The translations under genes were made by a program, and so were the position numbers. A stretch of 53,556 bases of DNA, taken from the IMG/VR virus record IMGVR_UViG_3300004369_000021, positions 1 through 53,556 of that record, one strand, 5' to 3'. Below, one piece after another: positions 8,768 to 18,441 of the stretch. How positions within the stretch are numbered: the first letter of the stretch is position 1; every line of letters begins with the position of its first letter. The notes under the pieces were generated by a model. It had not been told where the DNA came from and searched no databases. It was given only the letters and a program-made list of their open reading frames with translations. The stretch is from a virus (Duplodnaviria; Caudoviricetes).

Positions 8768-10687
8768 ATGCAAATCAAAGAAGCAATCATGGGGATGGCT
8801 AGCAACGACCCTTCGTTCGGCCAAGGCATCAACGCAATCGAAGCCCAACTCGGTGCAACACCGATTGTTCCTGAAGACCTCGACGAAGCAATCAAGCTGC
8901 TCGAATTCGTTTTGCAGAACCCCGACCGCTATGAAGAAGTCGTCGCGGCGGCGATCCGCGATGGTCTGATCGACGAAGGCATGGTGCCTCCGCAGTTCGA
9001 TCAAGCGTTCATTGTCTCTTTGCTTATCGCTCTCTACGGTCTGCAAGAGCGCACGTCCCAGAAGATGGCGCGTGGCGGCTTGACTTACGCGGGACGCCGT
9101 GCAATGACCGGCGGTCAAGGCGGCGACACCGAGTTGGTGCACGTCAACCGTCGCGAAGCCGAAATGCTGCGTCGGATGGGCGGTCAAGGAACCGTCAACC
9201 CCAACACCGGCCTGCGTGAATACAAGAGCGTGAAGAAGATCCTTGGTGCGGTGCTGCCAATCGCCGCTTCGATCTTCGTTCCTGGCTTGGGTGCTGCAAT
9301 CGGCGGCGCATTGGGTGCTTCTGGCGTTGGCGCATCCATCGTCGGCGGAGCAGTGATCGGCGGTGCTTCTTCGGCACTCACCGGAGGAAACGTTCTCAAA
9401 GGCGCACTCATGGGCGGTCTGGGCGGCGGTGTGGGCGACGTGGTTGGCAGCGCAGCGAACAGCGCACTCGGTCTGGGTCTCGGCGAAACCGGTCAGGCGA
9501 TCCTCGGCAGCGGCTTGGTGGGTGCTGGCGCTGGGGCCGTTACAGGGGAAGGCGTCCTCAAGGGTGCAGTGCAAGGTGTTGCCGGTGGCGCAATCGGCCA
9601 GCTGGCTGGCGGCGTGGCTGGTCCGACGGCATTCGAACAAGGTGTCAGTTCCGCTGGTCGGACATTCGGTCAGGCGCTCACGGCGGGTTACGACCCCAAG
9701 ACTGCGGCCACCGCTGGCGCTTTGAGCGGTCTGGCAACTGGGATCACCTACAAACCTTCAGACGCCGCTGTCAACAACCTGCGCACAGGCGAACAACCCG
9801 CTGCTGGCGAATCGACGACCGTGCGACTGCCGGACGGCACGACCACGACCAACGTTCCTGGAACCCAAGGCGTCAACGCTGCTGGTCAAACCGGATCCTA
9901 TCAACTGAATCCGCAGACTGGTGCGGTCGAATTCCAAGTCGCTCCTGGAACGTACCAATTCAACCCGCAGACCAACGCGGTTGAATGGAAAGCGGCTGAA
10001 CCGACGTTTTTTGAACGCATCACGGCTGGTGGTCCTCTGGCTGGCACCAACGCTCTTGGAGCGGGTGGTGAAGGTGGCGGTCTCTCGATGGGCACGCTCG
10101 GCAAGGTCGCGTTGGCCGGTGCTACACTCAGCGGCTTGGGTGCGGCTCCGCCCGAGGTTCAGCAAGCTGTTTCGACGCTTCCTCCCGAGCAGCAAGAATA
10201 TTTCAATCGTCCAAGTGTTGCTTGGGACTGGAATAAGTTGCAAAATGACGCTAACCTCAACAACATGAGTCTCAGCCAATACATGGCACGCAATTGGAAC
10301 AACATCACCTCTGGCCAGTACAACATGGCAACCACACCGACCGGAATGGCGCGTGGCGGCTATCACATGATGCCGGACGGCACGATGATGCGCAATTCAG
10401 AACACGCCATGGCCAACGGTGGAAGTCCCCTGAGCGCGGTTGCACGCTTTGCGCGTGGTGCCGGTTCCGGTCGCGACGACACGATCAATGCTCGGCTGTC
10501 CGATGGTGAATACGTGATGGACGCAGAAACAGTTGCAATGCTTGGAGACGGTTCCAGCGAGGACGGCGCACGCAAATTGGATGCGATGCGGTCTCAATTG
10601 CGCAAACACAAAGGCAAGACATTGGCCAAGGGAGAATTCAGCCCCAACGCTAAGTCTCCGTTGACTTACCTCAAAGGAGTCGCATAA
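8768..10687 (+). CDS. Putative internal virion/ejection protein
   Basis: Gly/Ala-rich hydrophobic core, MARGG motifs, C-terminal GSGRDDTINARLSDGEYV domain. Confidence 0.6.
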   Translation: MQIKEAIMGMASNDPSFGQGINAIEAQLGATPIVPEDLDEAIKLLEFVLQNPDRYEEVVAAAIRDGLIDEGMVPPQFDQAFIVSLLIALYGLQERTSQKMARGGLTYAGRRAMTGGQGGDTELVHVNRREAEMLRRMGGQGTVNPNTGLREYKSVKKILGAVLPIAASIFVPGLGAAIGGALGASGVGASIVGGAVIGGASSALTGGNVLKGALMGGLGGGVGDVVGSAANSALGLGLGETGQAILGSGLVGAGAGAVTGEGVLKGAVQGVAGGAIGQLAGGVAGPTAFEQGVSSAGRTFGQALTAGYDPKTAATAGALSGLATGITYKPSDAAVNNLRTGEQPAAGESTTVRLPDGTTTTNVPGTQGVNAAGQTGSYQLNPQTGAVEFQVAPGTYQFNPQTNAVEWKAAEPTFFERITAGGPLAGTNALGAGGEGGGLSMGTLGKVALAGATLSGLGAAPPEVQQAVSTLPPEQQEYFNRPSVAWDWNKLQNDANLNNMSLSQYMARNWNNITSGQYNMATTPTGMARGGYHMMPDGTMMRNSEHAMANGGSPLSAVARFARGAGSGRDDTINARLSDGEYVMDAETVAMLGDGSSEDGARKLDAMRSQLRKHKGKTLAKGEFSPNAKSPLTYLKGVA

Positions 10688-12027
10688 TGGGCAGTATTTT
10701 CCAAGGCACGCCGCAAACGGCGACCTCTTACGCAACTTCTTCGTCCGAGACCCCAAAGTGGATGCAGGACGCCATCTACAATCAGGTGCAGTGGGCGCAA
10801 AACATCGCCAACACACCCTACCAGTCCTACGACATGCCGACTGTCGCGGAACTTTCTCCGCTGCAACAGCAGGCTTACGCTGACGTCGTTGCAAACCAAG
10901 GCTCTTGGAAAGAAGCAATGGGCAAGGCGCAAAGCGGGATGGAAGGTTTCAGTTCAAAAGGAACTGCAGACACTCTGAGGGTTGCGCAAGGCGACTATTT
11001 GCGCAAGGACTTGGTCGGGACAGGCTTAGACACCGGACAACAACTTTTCGGTCGAGCGGCAGGCATGGACACCGTTGGTGCTGGTCAACCTTACCTCACC
11101 CAAGCCGGTTCGACGACCGCGCAGGCACTTTCTGAGCGTGCGTTGGCGGCTGCATCGCCTTACCTGCAAGGTGCAGGCCAGACGTCCGCAAGTCAGGTCG
11201 GCCAATACATGTCGCCTTACCAACAAGGTGTGCTCGACGTCATCGCCAAACAAGGCGCACGCAACCTGACCGAGAACATCCTTCCTGGAGTTTCAGACTC
11301 CTTCATCAAAGCCGGTCAGTTCGGTTCCAGCCGCATGGGTGAGATGGGCGCACGCGCTCTGCGCGACACGCAGGAAGCGATCTTGAATCAACAGGCTCAG
11401 GCGGCGCAACAAGGTTACGGCCAAGCAATGCAGGCGGCTCAAACCGATCTCGCACGCCAAGCGCAGCTGGCCGGAACGGTCGGAAGCATCAGCGGTGCAG
11501 ATCTTTCCCGCATCATGCAAGGCGGTTCTCAATACGGCAACTTGGCGCAAACTGCTGGTCAGCTTACAAGTCAGCAAATGCAAAACCTCGCCAACCTCGG
11601 ACAGCTGCAAACGCAGTCTGGTCAGGCACAACAGCAGTTCGGTCTCACTTCGGCTCAACAAGCGCAGGCGGCAGAGGCGCAGGATTATCAGCGTCAGATG
11701 AACGCATTGCAACAGATGGCTGCTATGGCTCAACAGGAGCAAGGAATGCGTGCGGCAGACGTCGCCGCTTTGGAAACCGCTGGCGCTGCTCAACAGGCTC
11801 AACAGCAACGTCAGCTGAACGCCGCTCAAACGCAATTCCAAACCGAGCAGATGTATCCGAAGCAACAGCTGGACTTCTTGAGCACGCAGGTTCGCGGTTT
11901 GGCTCCGATCACGCCACAAATACGAAATGAATCTTCATCGACCATGGGTGCGACTTACTCGCCATCGCCGCTCTCACAGCTGGCAACAGGCTTGTACACG
12001 TACAAAGGTCTGCAGAACCTAGGTTAA
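10687..12027 (+). CDS. Putative DNA transfer/ejection protein
   Basis: Gln/Ala-rich coiled protein with the YMSPYQQ.V and G.FGSSR motifs seen in podovirus DNA-transfer proteins. Confidence 0.6.
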   Translation: MGSIFQGTPQTATSYATSSSETPKWMQDAIYNQVQWAQNIANTPYQSYDMPTVAELSPLQQQAYADVVANQGSWKEAMGKAQSGMEGFSSKGTADTLRVAQGDYLRKDLVGTGLDTGQQLFGRAAGMDTVGAGQPYLTQAGSTTAQALSERALAAASPYLQGAGQTSASQVGQYMSPYQQGVLDVIAKQGARNLTENILPGVSDSFIKAGQFGSSRMGEMGARALRDTQEAILNQQAQAAQQGYGQAMQAAQTDLARQAQLAGTVGSISGADLSRIMQGGSQYGNLAQTAGQLTSQQMQNLANLGQLQTQSGQAQQQFGLTSAQQAQAAEAQDYQRQMNALQQMAAMAQQEQGMRAADVAALETAGAAQQAQQQRQLNAAQTQFQTEQMYPKQQLDFLSTQVRGLAPITPQIRNESSSTMGATYSPSPLSQLATGLYTYKGLQNLG

Positions 12028-12036
12028 GGAGCGGTC

Positions 12037-14409
12037 ATGGGATACGAACTCAACAGATTGATGAAACAATACGGGGTGGCAACCCCAACCATGGCACCTG
12101 CACCGCAAATGCCTGGATCGCCTCCTGTGCAAAGTGCATACACGGGCGCAGAAGGTTCACCTGGAAACGCCGAAAAGTACGCCGCCGACAAAGCTGCGTT
12201 CGACGAAAGAGTCCGCAAGTACGGTCTGGCGCAAAAAGAGTACGACCAGTACCAAGGCGAATTTCAAAACCGCTTGGCCAACACCAACATGTACAACCAA
12301 GCGCAGTTCAGCACGACCGGTGCGAACGTTCCTGGAGCGATGAGTTACGTTCCGCAAGAAGACGGGAGCATGAAATTCGAGCGCGTTTCGAGGGAAACAG
12401 GCACGCAATACGGCACACCGCAGTACACAGACACTGTTCTTGCACCAAGCTACGGCGTCGCGCCGATCACTCTTGCAGGCAAACCCATTCAAGAAAACGC
12501 TGATTGGTACCTCGGTCAGCGCGGCATCGGTTACACCGACGCAGATTTGCGCGGCGGTTCTGAGAAGACCTTTGGACCGATCGACGATGCATCTTGGCGC
12601 AACCTTCTCAACACAGCTTATCCGCAATATTCTGGAACGATCGAGTCTGCTTATTCACCGCTCGGTCGCAGTGGTTACGGAACAAATGTTGGTCAGATCG
12701 ACGACGCAGGTTACAACTACTGGTTGAACCAACTCAGCACGGGTGCAGTTTCGCCGCAAGACTTGAATCAGGCAGTTTACAAAGCTGGTGTCAACTGGAA
12801 CCCCGAGCAAGGTGTCTCATACGACCTGAATGGCGTGCCGCAGAATTTCGATTGGACTTATTACGTCAACCAGAACCCAGACCTGCTCAAAGCAGGGATC
12901 GACACCCTCCCTGAAGCGCAAATGCACTACGCTGCTTACGGCATGAACGAAGGTCGTTCGCCGTACGAAGGTTGGACGCCGTACGAAGGTTGGACGCCAC
13001 CGCAACTTCCTGATGATCCTCCTGCGACTGTCTTGGATCCTGTCTTGGATCCTGTCTTGGATCCTGGTTTTCACGTCGATTTGTTTCAAGAATACGACTT
13101 GCAAGGTCGCATGGCAGAAGGCGGCGCTGTGAAAGGTTACCAAGCAGGCGGTCTCGAAGACAGTGGAATTGTAGATCCGGAAACTGGCGTGATCGTTTAT
13201 CCGGTTCCTGGATCCGGACCGATCACCTCAAGACCGCTTTACGACGATCCGGTTCTCGAAGGCGCGGCTCAAGCCATCGAACGTGCCGAGGTTGCGGCGG
13301 CTCCTGCTGCTGTTGCTCCTGCTGTTCCTGTCACTCCTGTGGTGGACGAGCGCACCGCCGCTTTGCAAGCGATGTTAGAGCGGTATGGCCCACAAGACGT
13401 TGACTACAGCGGCCAGATCAACACGGCACGCGAACGTCAGGCCAGCGAACAGCGAGCGTTCGAAGAGATGTTGCGCGCACAACTTGATTCTCCGGAAGAC
13501 GCCGCGTCTTCGAAGGCTGAGATGTACTTCCGCCTCGCTGCGGCTTTCGGTGCACCGACCAAGACCGGTCACTTCACGGAAAACTTGTCGCTGGCTGGCA
13601 AAGAGATGGCTGAAACCGCAAAAGGTCAGCGTGAGTCTCGCGCCAAGAAGTTGGGCGTACGCATGGAACTTCAGAAGATGCGCATGGACGCCGCTGGCGC
13701 GGAACTGGACACCTTGCGTGCGTTGGAACAAGAAAGTTCTCGCGACCGCCGTGTCATCGTGCAAGAAATGATTCGCGAATACATCGCTTCTGGCAAACCG
13801 CAATCCACCGCTGGCAAAACAGCCTTGGACATGGGCTTTAAACCAGGAACACCAGAGTTCAACGCGAAAGTTGAAGAGTTGACGGCTTTGGAAATCAACC
13901 GGCAAACCGCCTTGATCAACGCGCAGTTGGCTTCTACAGCCGCAACAACGACGCGTGCAAATCAGATGTCTCCGGCTGAGATCGCTCTCCGAACAACCAC
14001 CGAAAACAACCTCGCCAACCTCAATCAGGCGAAGCAAGACGTTCAAGAGGCTTACCGTCTGAACCCCAACAGCTACGCTGGTGGTTGGTTGAACCAAGGT
14101 CAACGTTGGCTCTACGAGGTTGCTGGTTCCGACGATCCGAAAATCGTCAACACACGCCGCATCGACAACCTGTTGGGCGCGCAGGCTTTGGGGTCGTTGC
14201 GTGCAACCTTCGGAGGCAACCCGACAGAAGGCGAACGCGCGATCTTGCTAGAATTGCAAGGCATCGGCTCCAAGTCGTTGGAAGAGCGTCGTCAAATCAT
14301 GCTGCGTCTCTATGAGGTGCTGGAAGACCGCACTGCGCGAGAAACCAAGCGTTTAGAAGACATTCTCAGCGGCGCATACCGCACCTACACACCGCTCGAA
14401 GGAGAATAA
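12037..14409 (+). CDS. Putative modular ejection protein
   Basis: 790 aa; surface-protein-like modules, MAEGGAVKGYQAGG linker, C-terminal coiled region. Confidence 0.55.
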   Translation: MGYELNRLMKQYGVATPTMAPAPQMPGSPPVQSAYTGAEGSPGNAEKYAADKAAFDERVRKYGLAQKEYDQYQGEFQNRLANTNMYNQAQFSTTGANVPGAMSYVPQEDGSMKFERVSRETGTQYGTPQYTDTVLAPSYGVAPITLAGKPIQENADWYLGQRGIGYTDADLRGGSEKTFGPIDDASWRNLLNTAYPQYSGTIESAYSPLGRSGYGTNVGQIDDAGYNYWLNQLSTGAVSPQDLNQAVYKAGVNWNPEQGVSYDLNGVPQNFDWTYYVNQNPDLLKAGIDTLPEAQMHYAAYGMNEGRSPYEGWTPYEGWTPPQLPDDPPATVLDPVLDPVLDPGFHVDLFQEYDLQGRMAEGGAVKGYQAGGLEDSGIVDPETGVIVYPVPGSGPITSRPLYDDPVLEGAAQAIERAEVAAAPAAVAPAVPVTPVVDERTAALQAMLERYGPQDVDYSGQINTARERQASEQRAFEEMLRAQLDSPEDAASSKAEMYFRLAAAFGAPTKTGHFTENLSLAGKEMAETAKGQRESRAKKLGVRMELQKMRMDAAGAELDTLRALEQESSRDRRVIVQEMIREYIASGKPQSTAGKTALDMGFKPGTPEFNAKVEELTALEINRQTALINAQLASTAATTTRANQMSPAEIALRTTTENNLANLNQAKQDVQEAYRLNPNSYAGGWLNQGQRWLYEVAGSDDPKIVNTRRIDNLLGAQALGSLRATFGGNPTEGERAILLELQGIGSKSLEERRQIMLRLYEVLEDRTARETKRLEDILSGAYRTYTPLEGE
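12961..13066 (+). repeat. In-frame micro tandem repeats
   Basis: ccgtacgaaggttggacg x2 (12961-12996) and ctgtcttggatc x3 (13028-13063). Confidence 0.9.
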
Positions 14410-16448
14410 TGATGGGAGACGTGGCAAATTTCACCCGTGCCTTGCTCGGTCAAGGTCTTGGGATGGGTTGGGGCGACGAAGCCGAAGCGTGGCTTCGTTC
14501 GAAAGTCGGCGAAGAGACCTACGAACAGGAACTGGAAAAAATCAATCGTGGATACGGTGAATTCTCTCAACGCAACCCATTCTTAGCACCGCTCACTGAG
14601 TTCGCCGGTGGCGTGCTTCCGATGGCAGCTGCCTACGTTGCGACACCGTTCACTGGCGGTGCTGCAGCACCCGCCGCTGCTGCGACCACGGCAAGAACCG
14701 CTGGCGCATTGACGCGGTTGGCTCAAAACCCAGTGGTGCGCGGTGCGTTGGTCGGCGGAACAACGGGCGCAATCGCTGGCGCTGGCTCAGAGCAACCAGG
14801 AGAGCGTGACCAAGGCGCGGTCGTCGGCGGAACGGTAGGGACGATCTTGGGCGGTGGTGCACCGATCGTGATTCGAGGAACCGGCGCAGGTTACAACTGG
14901 TTGCGCGACCGTCTTGCGCCGAGCGAAGAGGTTATCACCCGTAACGCAACAACCCGCGTCAACCGTGCTCTTGAACAGGCTCAGGGAGGCCAAGGCATGA
15001 CGGCTCAAGAAGCCGCAGACATGGTCGCTGCTGACCGCGCTCGTGGCATCCCTTCGACGGTGGCCAACGCGGATCCTGCTCTGGTCAACTTGGCAGAGGT
15101 CGCCGCCCAACGCACAGGAACCGGCGCAACGCGGATTGACACCGTGTTGGGCGAAAACACCGCTGGCTCACGAGATCGCGTTTACCAGCGCGTGCGTTCA
15201 GAACTTGGTTCAGGCAACTACTACGACGACGAAATGCGCATGGTGGATGAATTGCGCGGTCGTGCCGGTACGATGTACGATGAAGCCTATGCGTTCGGCG
15301 GCGTTTCCGACCCGCGCATCCGCCGCATCCTTGAGTCTCCTCAGTTCCGCAGCTTCTACGATCGTGCACGCGAGATCGCCGACAACGAGCGTTTGGCGGC
15401 AGAACTTCGCGGCGAAGACACCAGCCGGTTTGACCTCAGCGACATTTACGTGGCTGACGCGGATGGCAACGTGGTCGTGCAAAGCATTCCGGACGTGCGC
15501 ACGCTGGATTACATCAAGCGCGGCATCGACGCAACGATCGAACGCGGCTTCGATGGCAAAGGTCTCAGCACCGCTGAAGCAAGTGCTCTGCGTGACCTCC
15601 GTCGCCAGTTTGTGAACGTGATTGACGAAGCAACTGTCGATCCGCAAACAGGCGTTTCCGCCTACGCGCAAGCAAGACGAAGCTATGCTGGAGACATGGA
15701 GGTTCTCGACGCACTGCGCACCGGTCGAAACGATTTCAACCGCCTTGACCACGAGGAGATCGCTCTGATGGTCAAGGAAATGAGTGACGCTGAAAAAGAC
15801 GCATTCCGCACGGGTGCGATCCGCAACGTCTACGACAAACTGATGACTCCTTCTGGAAACATCAACGCCGCTCAACGCATCATTGGTTCGCCTGAATATG
15901 CCGCCAAGCTGCGACCGCTTTTCGATTCACCGGCTCAGTTCGATCTTTTCCAGTCTGCGATGCAACGCGAGATGCAGCTGTTCCAGCAATCCAACCGCAT
16001 CCTTAGTGGTTCAGCAACCGCTCGCCGCACGCAGGGTCGCGATGCATTCGAACAAGGTTCGCCGGTCGGCGACGTTGTGGCCGACACGATCACCGGTTCT
16101 TTCGGCAACTCACTGACCAACCTTGTTGCGCGCATCGTACGCAGCGCGACGATGACCGACGACATGGCGGATGAAGTTTCTCGCCTGTTGATGTCGAGCG
16201 ATCCAACCGATGTTGCCGCCGCCGTCAAGTTGTTGGAAGATTATGGCCAAAGAGCAGCGGTCGGTGCGGCTCAACTGAACAGAGCAGAAACCGGCGTGAT
16301 TATGGGAACGGCAGTTGCTCTGCCTCCGCCTCCGCCGACGGAAGAAGCGCCGGACGTGACCCAAGACGTTCTCGGCTTGAACGCGGCGCGCACTCAAGAA
16401 GGTGGCCCAAGCATTCAAGACGACCTAGAAGCCATGCGGGGTCAGTGA
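14409..16448 (+). CDS. Putative large ejection/DNA transfer protein
   Basis: 679 aa, last late gene; GQGLG.GWGDE N-terminus, hydrophobic Gly/Ala segment, GS.TA motif. Confidence 0.6.
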   Translation: MMGDVANFTRALLGQGLGMGWGDEAEAWLRSKVGEETYEQELEKINRGYGEFSQRNPFLAPLTEFAGGVLPMAAAYVATPFTGGAAAPAAAATTARTAGALTRLAQNPVVRGALVGGTTGAIAGAGSEQPGERDQGAVVGGTVGTILGGGAPIVIRGTGAGYNWLRDRLAPSEEVITRNATTRVNRALEQAQGGQGMTAQEAADMVAADRARGIPSTVANADPALVNLAEVAAQRTGTGATRIDTVLGENTAGSRDRVYQRVRSELGSGNYYDDEMRMVDELRGRAGTMYDEAYAFGGVSDPRIRRILESPQFRSFYDRAREIADNERLAAELRGEDTSRFDLSDIYVADADGNVVVQSIPDVRTLDYIKRGIDATIERGFDGKGLSTAEASALRDLRRQFVNVIDEATVDPQTGVSAYAQARRSYAGDMEVLDALRTGRNDFNRLDHEEIALMVKEMSDAEKDAFRTGAIRNVYDKLMTPSGNINAAQRIIGSPEYAAKLRPLFDSPAQFDLFQSAMQREMQLFQQSNRILSGSATARRTQGRDAFEQGSPVGDVVADTITGSFGNSLTNLVARIVRSATMTDDMADEVSRLLMSSDPTDVAAAVKLLEDYGQRAAVGAAQLNRAETGVIMGTAVALPPPPPTEEAPDVTQDVLGLNAARTQEGGPSIQDDLEAMRGQ

Positions 16449-16485
16449 CCTCGTCTCCTTCGTCGTGAGTTCTCATCGACGTTCA

Positions 16486-16517
16486 AACCCCGACCTGATT
16501 AGGGTCGGGGTTCTTTT
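16486..16517 (+). terminator. Intrinsic terminator between convergent gene blocks
   Basis: AACCCCGACC stem / GGTCGGGGTT followed by CTTTT. Confidence 0.85.
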
Positions 16518-16732
16518 CACATGTTGCAGGGAACGTCTTCACCTTTGTAAGGTGGCCATCCGGCTCGGTTTTCGGGTGGCACACCGCGTGCTGCGTCGTC
16601 TTCCCAAATTCTCACCATCTCGCAGTAAGCTTTTTCCTGCATGACAGCGTCTTCGTAGTCTGATTGTCCGGCTATGCCCATCAACACGAGGAGGAAGGCA
16701 AAGCCGACGAAGTACATGAAATTCGTCTTCAT
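16517..16732 (-). CDS. Small membrane-anchored hypothetical protein (71 aa)
   Basis: MKTNFMYFVGFAFLLVLMGIAG TM segment; GGAGAA RBS upstream. Confidence 0.7.
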   Translation of the reverse strand: MKTNFMYFVGFAFLLVLMGIAGQSDYEDAVMQEKAYCEMVRIWEDDAARGVPPENRAGWPPYKGEDVPCNM

Positions 16733-16746
16733 CGGCTTTCTCCGGT

Positions 16747-17742
16747 TCAGGCTGCTTCGAGCAGACGGTTGGTGACGTTCACCTTGAACGAGGCGCGGTC
16801 GGTCAGGTGCGCACGCTCGAATGCACGGCTCTTGTCTCCTTTGCCACCGGCTTCGTGATCGAAGAACTGAGTCACGGCGTTCACCAGACCCCATGCGGTG
16901 CCTTTGGAGGAGCGGAAGTCGTTGCCGAGGCTCTCGCTGTCGTACAACTTCATGATACGGCGCAGAACGATGGACGAATCAACCATCTCGTCGCGGGTCA
17001 TGTCGTCGCCTTCTTTGTTCTTCCACTCAGCCTTCAGTTCGTCAGCGACGATGTCGATCGCAAAGTCGCGGTCAATGTTCAGGTTAGCCAGCTTGTCGAT
17101 GTTCTGCAGGAAGTTTTCCCATGCGCCTTCGACGATGCCCAACTGACCTTTGACGACGCTGGGATCGAACACCGCTGAGTGCGGCACGCGGATCTGAGCG
17201 TTTTGACCTTGAGCGCCGATCGACATGCGCAGAGTGTTGTTGCAAACAACGCGGACGCTGGTCAGGTGCACGGCGGTTGCCATCGAGCCGTCGCAAGAAG
17301 AGGCCATCAGGAGGTAGGGCTTGATCTCGTCCTGACCCATGATGCGAGCGGTGTCGCCACACTTGGCGAGTGCCCAGAACTTGCGACCGCCGAACAAGCA
17401 ACCGGCAGTTTCCATCTGGAACCCTTGGTCAGCGATCAGGTCGCGGAAGAATTCCAACGCCTCACCAGGATGAACGATTTTGTAGTTGTTGGAAACAACG
17501 CCGAGCGCACCGCTGTTGTCGGAGCGGTAGAGCACGCGACGGTCGGGGAAAATCACGTCTTGGTTCTGTGCGCCTTTGTAAACCAGCGCGGTGTCGTTGA
17601 CGTTCCAGTTCATGCCAGCTTCAACACGCCACGTGTCGAGGTCAGCGTCTTCAGTCAGGGCTTGGCCAAGTCCGTGCCAAGGAAGCGAACCAACGTAAGC
17701 CATGTTAGCGCGGTTGTTCGTCATGTCGAGTTCGTGTGCCAT
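16747..17742 (-). CDS. DUF932 / TIGR03299-like phage-plasmid protein
   Basis: PWHGLG, GVVS.NYKIV, ETAG.L.GG, VRVVCNNTL and GTAWGLVNAVT motifs. Confidence 0.85.
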   Translation of the reverse strand: MAHELDMTNNRANMAYVGSLPWHGLGQALTEDADLDTWRVEAGMNWNVNDTALVYKGAQNQDVIFPDRRVLYRSDNSGALGVVSNNYKIVHPGEALEFFRDLIADQGFQMETAGCLFGGRKFWALAKCGDTARIMGQDEIKPYLLMASSCDGSMATAVHLTSVRVVCNNTLRMSIGAQGQNAQIRVPHSAVFDPSVVKGQLGIVEGAWENFLQNIDKLANLNIDRDFAIDIVADELKAEWKNKEGDDMTRDEMVDSSIVLRRIMKLYDSESLGNDFRSSKGTAWGLVNAVTQFFDHEAGGKGDKSRAFERAHLTDRASFKVNVTNRLLEAA

Positions 17743-17793
17743 TTTCATTCTCCAGTTCTGAGTTGGGTTGAGTAGGTCAAGCGACCTGAGTGT

Positions 17794-17822
17794 ATCATGC
17801 CTGAACTTTTCAGTTCAGGCAA
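17794..17822 (-). promoter_or_regulatory. Sigma70-like promoter overlapped by a palindrome
   Basis: TTGCCT-N17-CATGAT; perfect 10-bp inverted repeat at 17798-17807 / 17812-17821. Confidence 0.75.
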
Positions 17823-17841
17823 CTACTTTGTGAAACTATTT

Positions 17842-18312
17842 TCAGACATCCTCCTTCTTGGTGATTTTGTAGACCGCGATCGCACGCATCGCACGACCAT
17901 TGGTCCAGTCGTGATTGGTGCCGTTGATGATGGTCAGGACGTGACGCTTGGTGAACATCAGGTAGGTGTTGCCGTCAGCCCAGACGCTGTTGAACCGAGC
18001 AGGGTGGTGCGTGGTCACGTTGCGGAGCACGTCACGGTGTCCTTTGGGGTACTGGTCAATGAAGTCCTGGATGTGAGCGCGTTCCGCTTTGCAACCAAGG
18101 TCAGCAACAGCCTTGAAAATGTCGTTGGTGTAAGCACCACGACCGTTGCGGCGACCGTTGACAGCCATGGTGCGGTGGGCGATTTCGTACTCAACACCGC
18201 AAGCCAGCGCAACAGCCTTGACCGAGCAGTCGTTCTTTTCTCCCATCGCGTTGCTTGCTGCAACCAGTTGATTGAATTCGCCTGTGCGGATCGAGGTGTT
18301 GATTCGTGCCAT
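17842..18312 (-). CDS. Hypothetical protein, possible papain-like (Cys-His-Asp) fold
   Basis: NDCSVKAVALA...RHVLTIINGTNHDW; has its own promoter and RBS. Confidence 0.6.
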   Translation of the reverse strand: MARINTSIRTGEFNQLVAASNAMGEKNDCSVKAVALACGVEYEIAHRTMAVNGRRNGRGAYTNDIFKAVADLGCKAERAHIQDFIDQYPKGHRDVLRNVTTHHPARFNSVWADGNTYLMFTKRHVLTIINGTNHDWTNGRAMRAIAVYKITKKEDV

Positions 18313-18368
18313 TTTCAGTTCTCCAGTTCTTCAGTTCTAGGTCGGTTGAACGCTTCAACCTTAAGTGT

Positions 18369-18397
18369 ATTATGCCTGAGTGTTTCACATCAGGCAA
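18369..18397 (-). promoter_or_regulatory. Sigma70-like promoter overlapped by a palindrome
   Basis: TTGCCT-N17-CATAAT; TGCCTGA-N10-TCAGGCA inverted repeat. Confidence 0.8.
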
Positions 18398-18441
18398 ACA
18401 CTTTTCACAAATATTTTCATATTTTTGTAAGTTGTTGTTTT

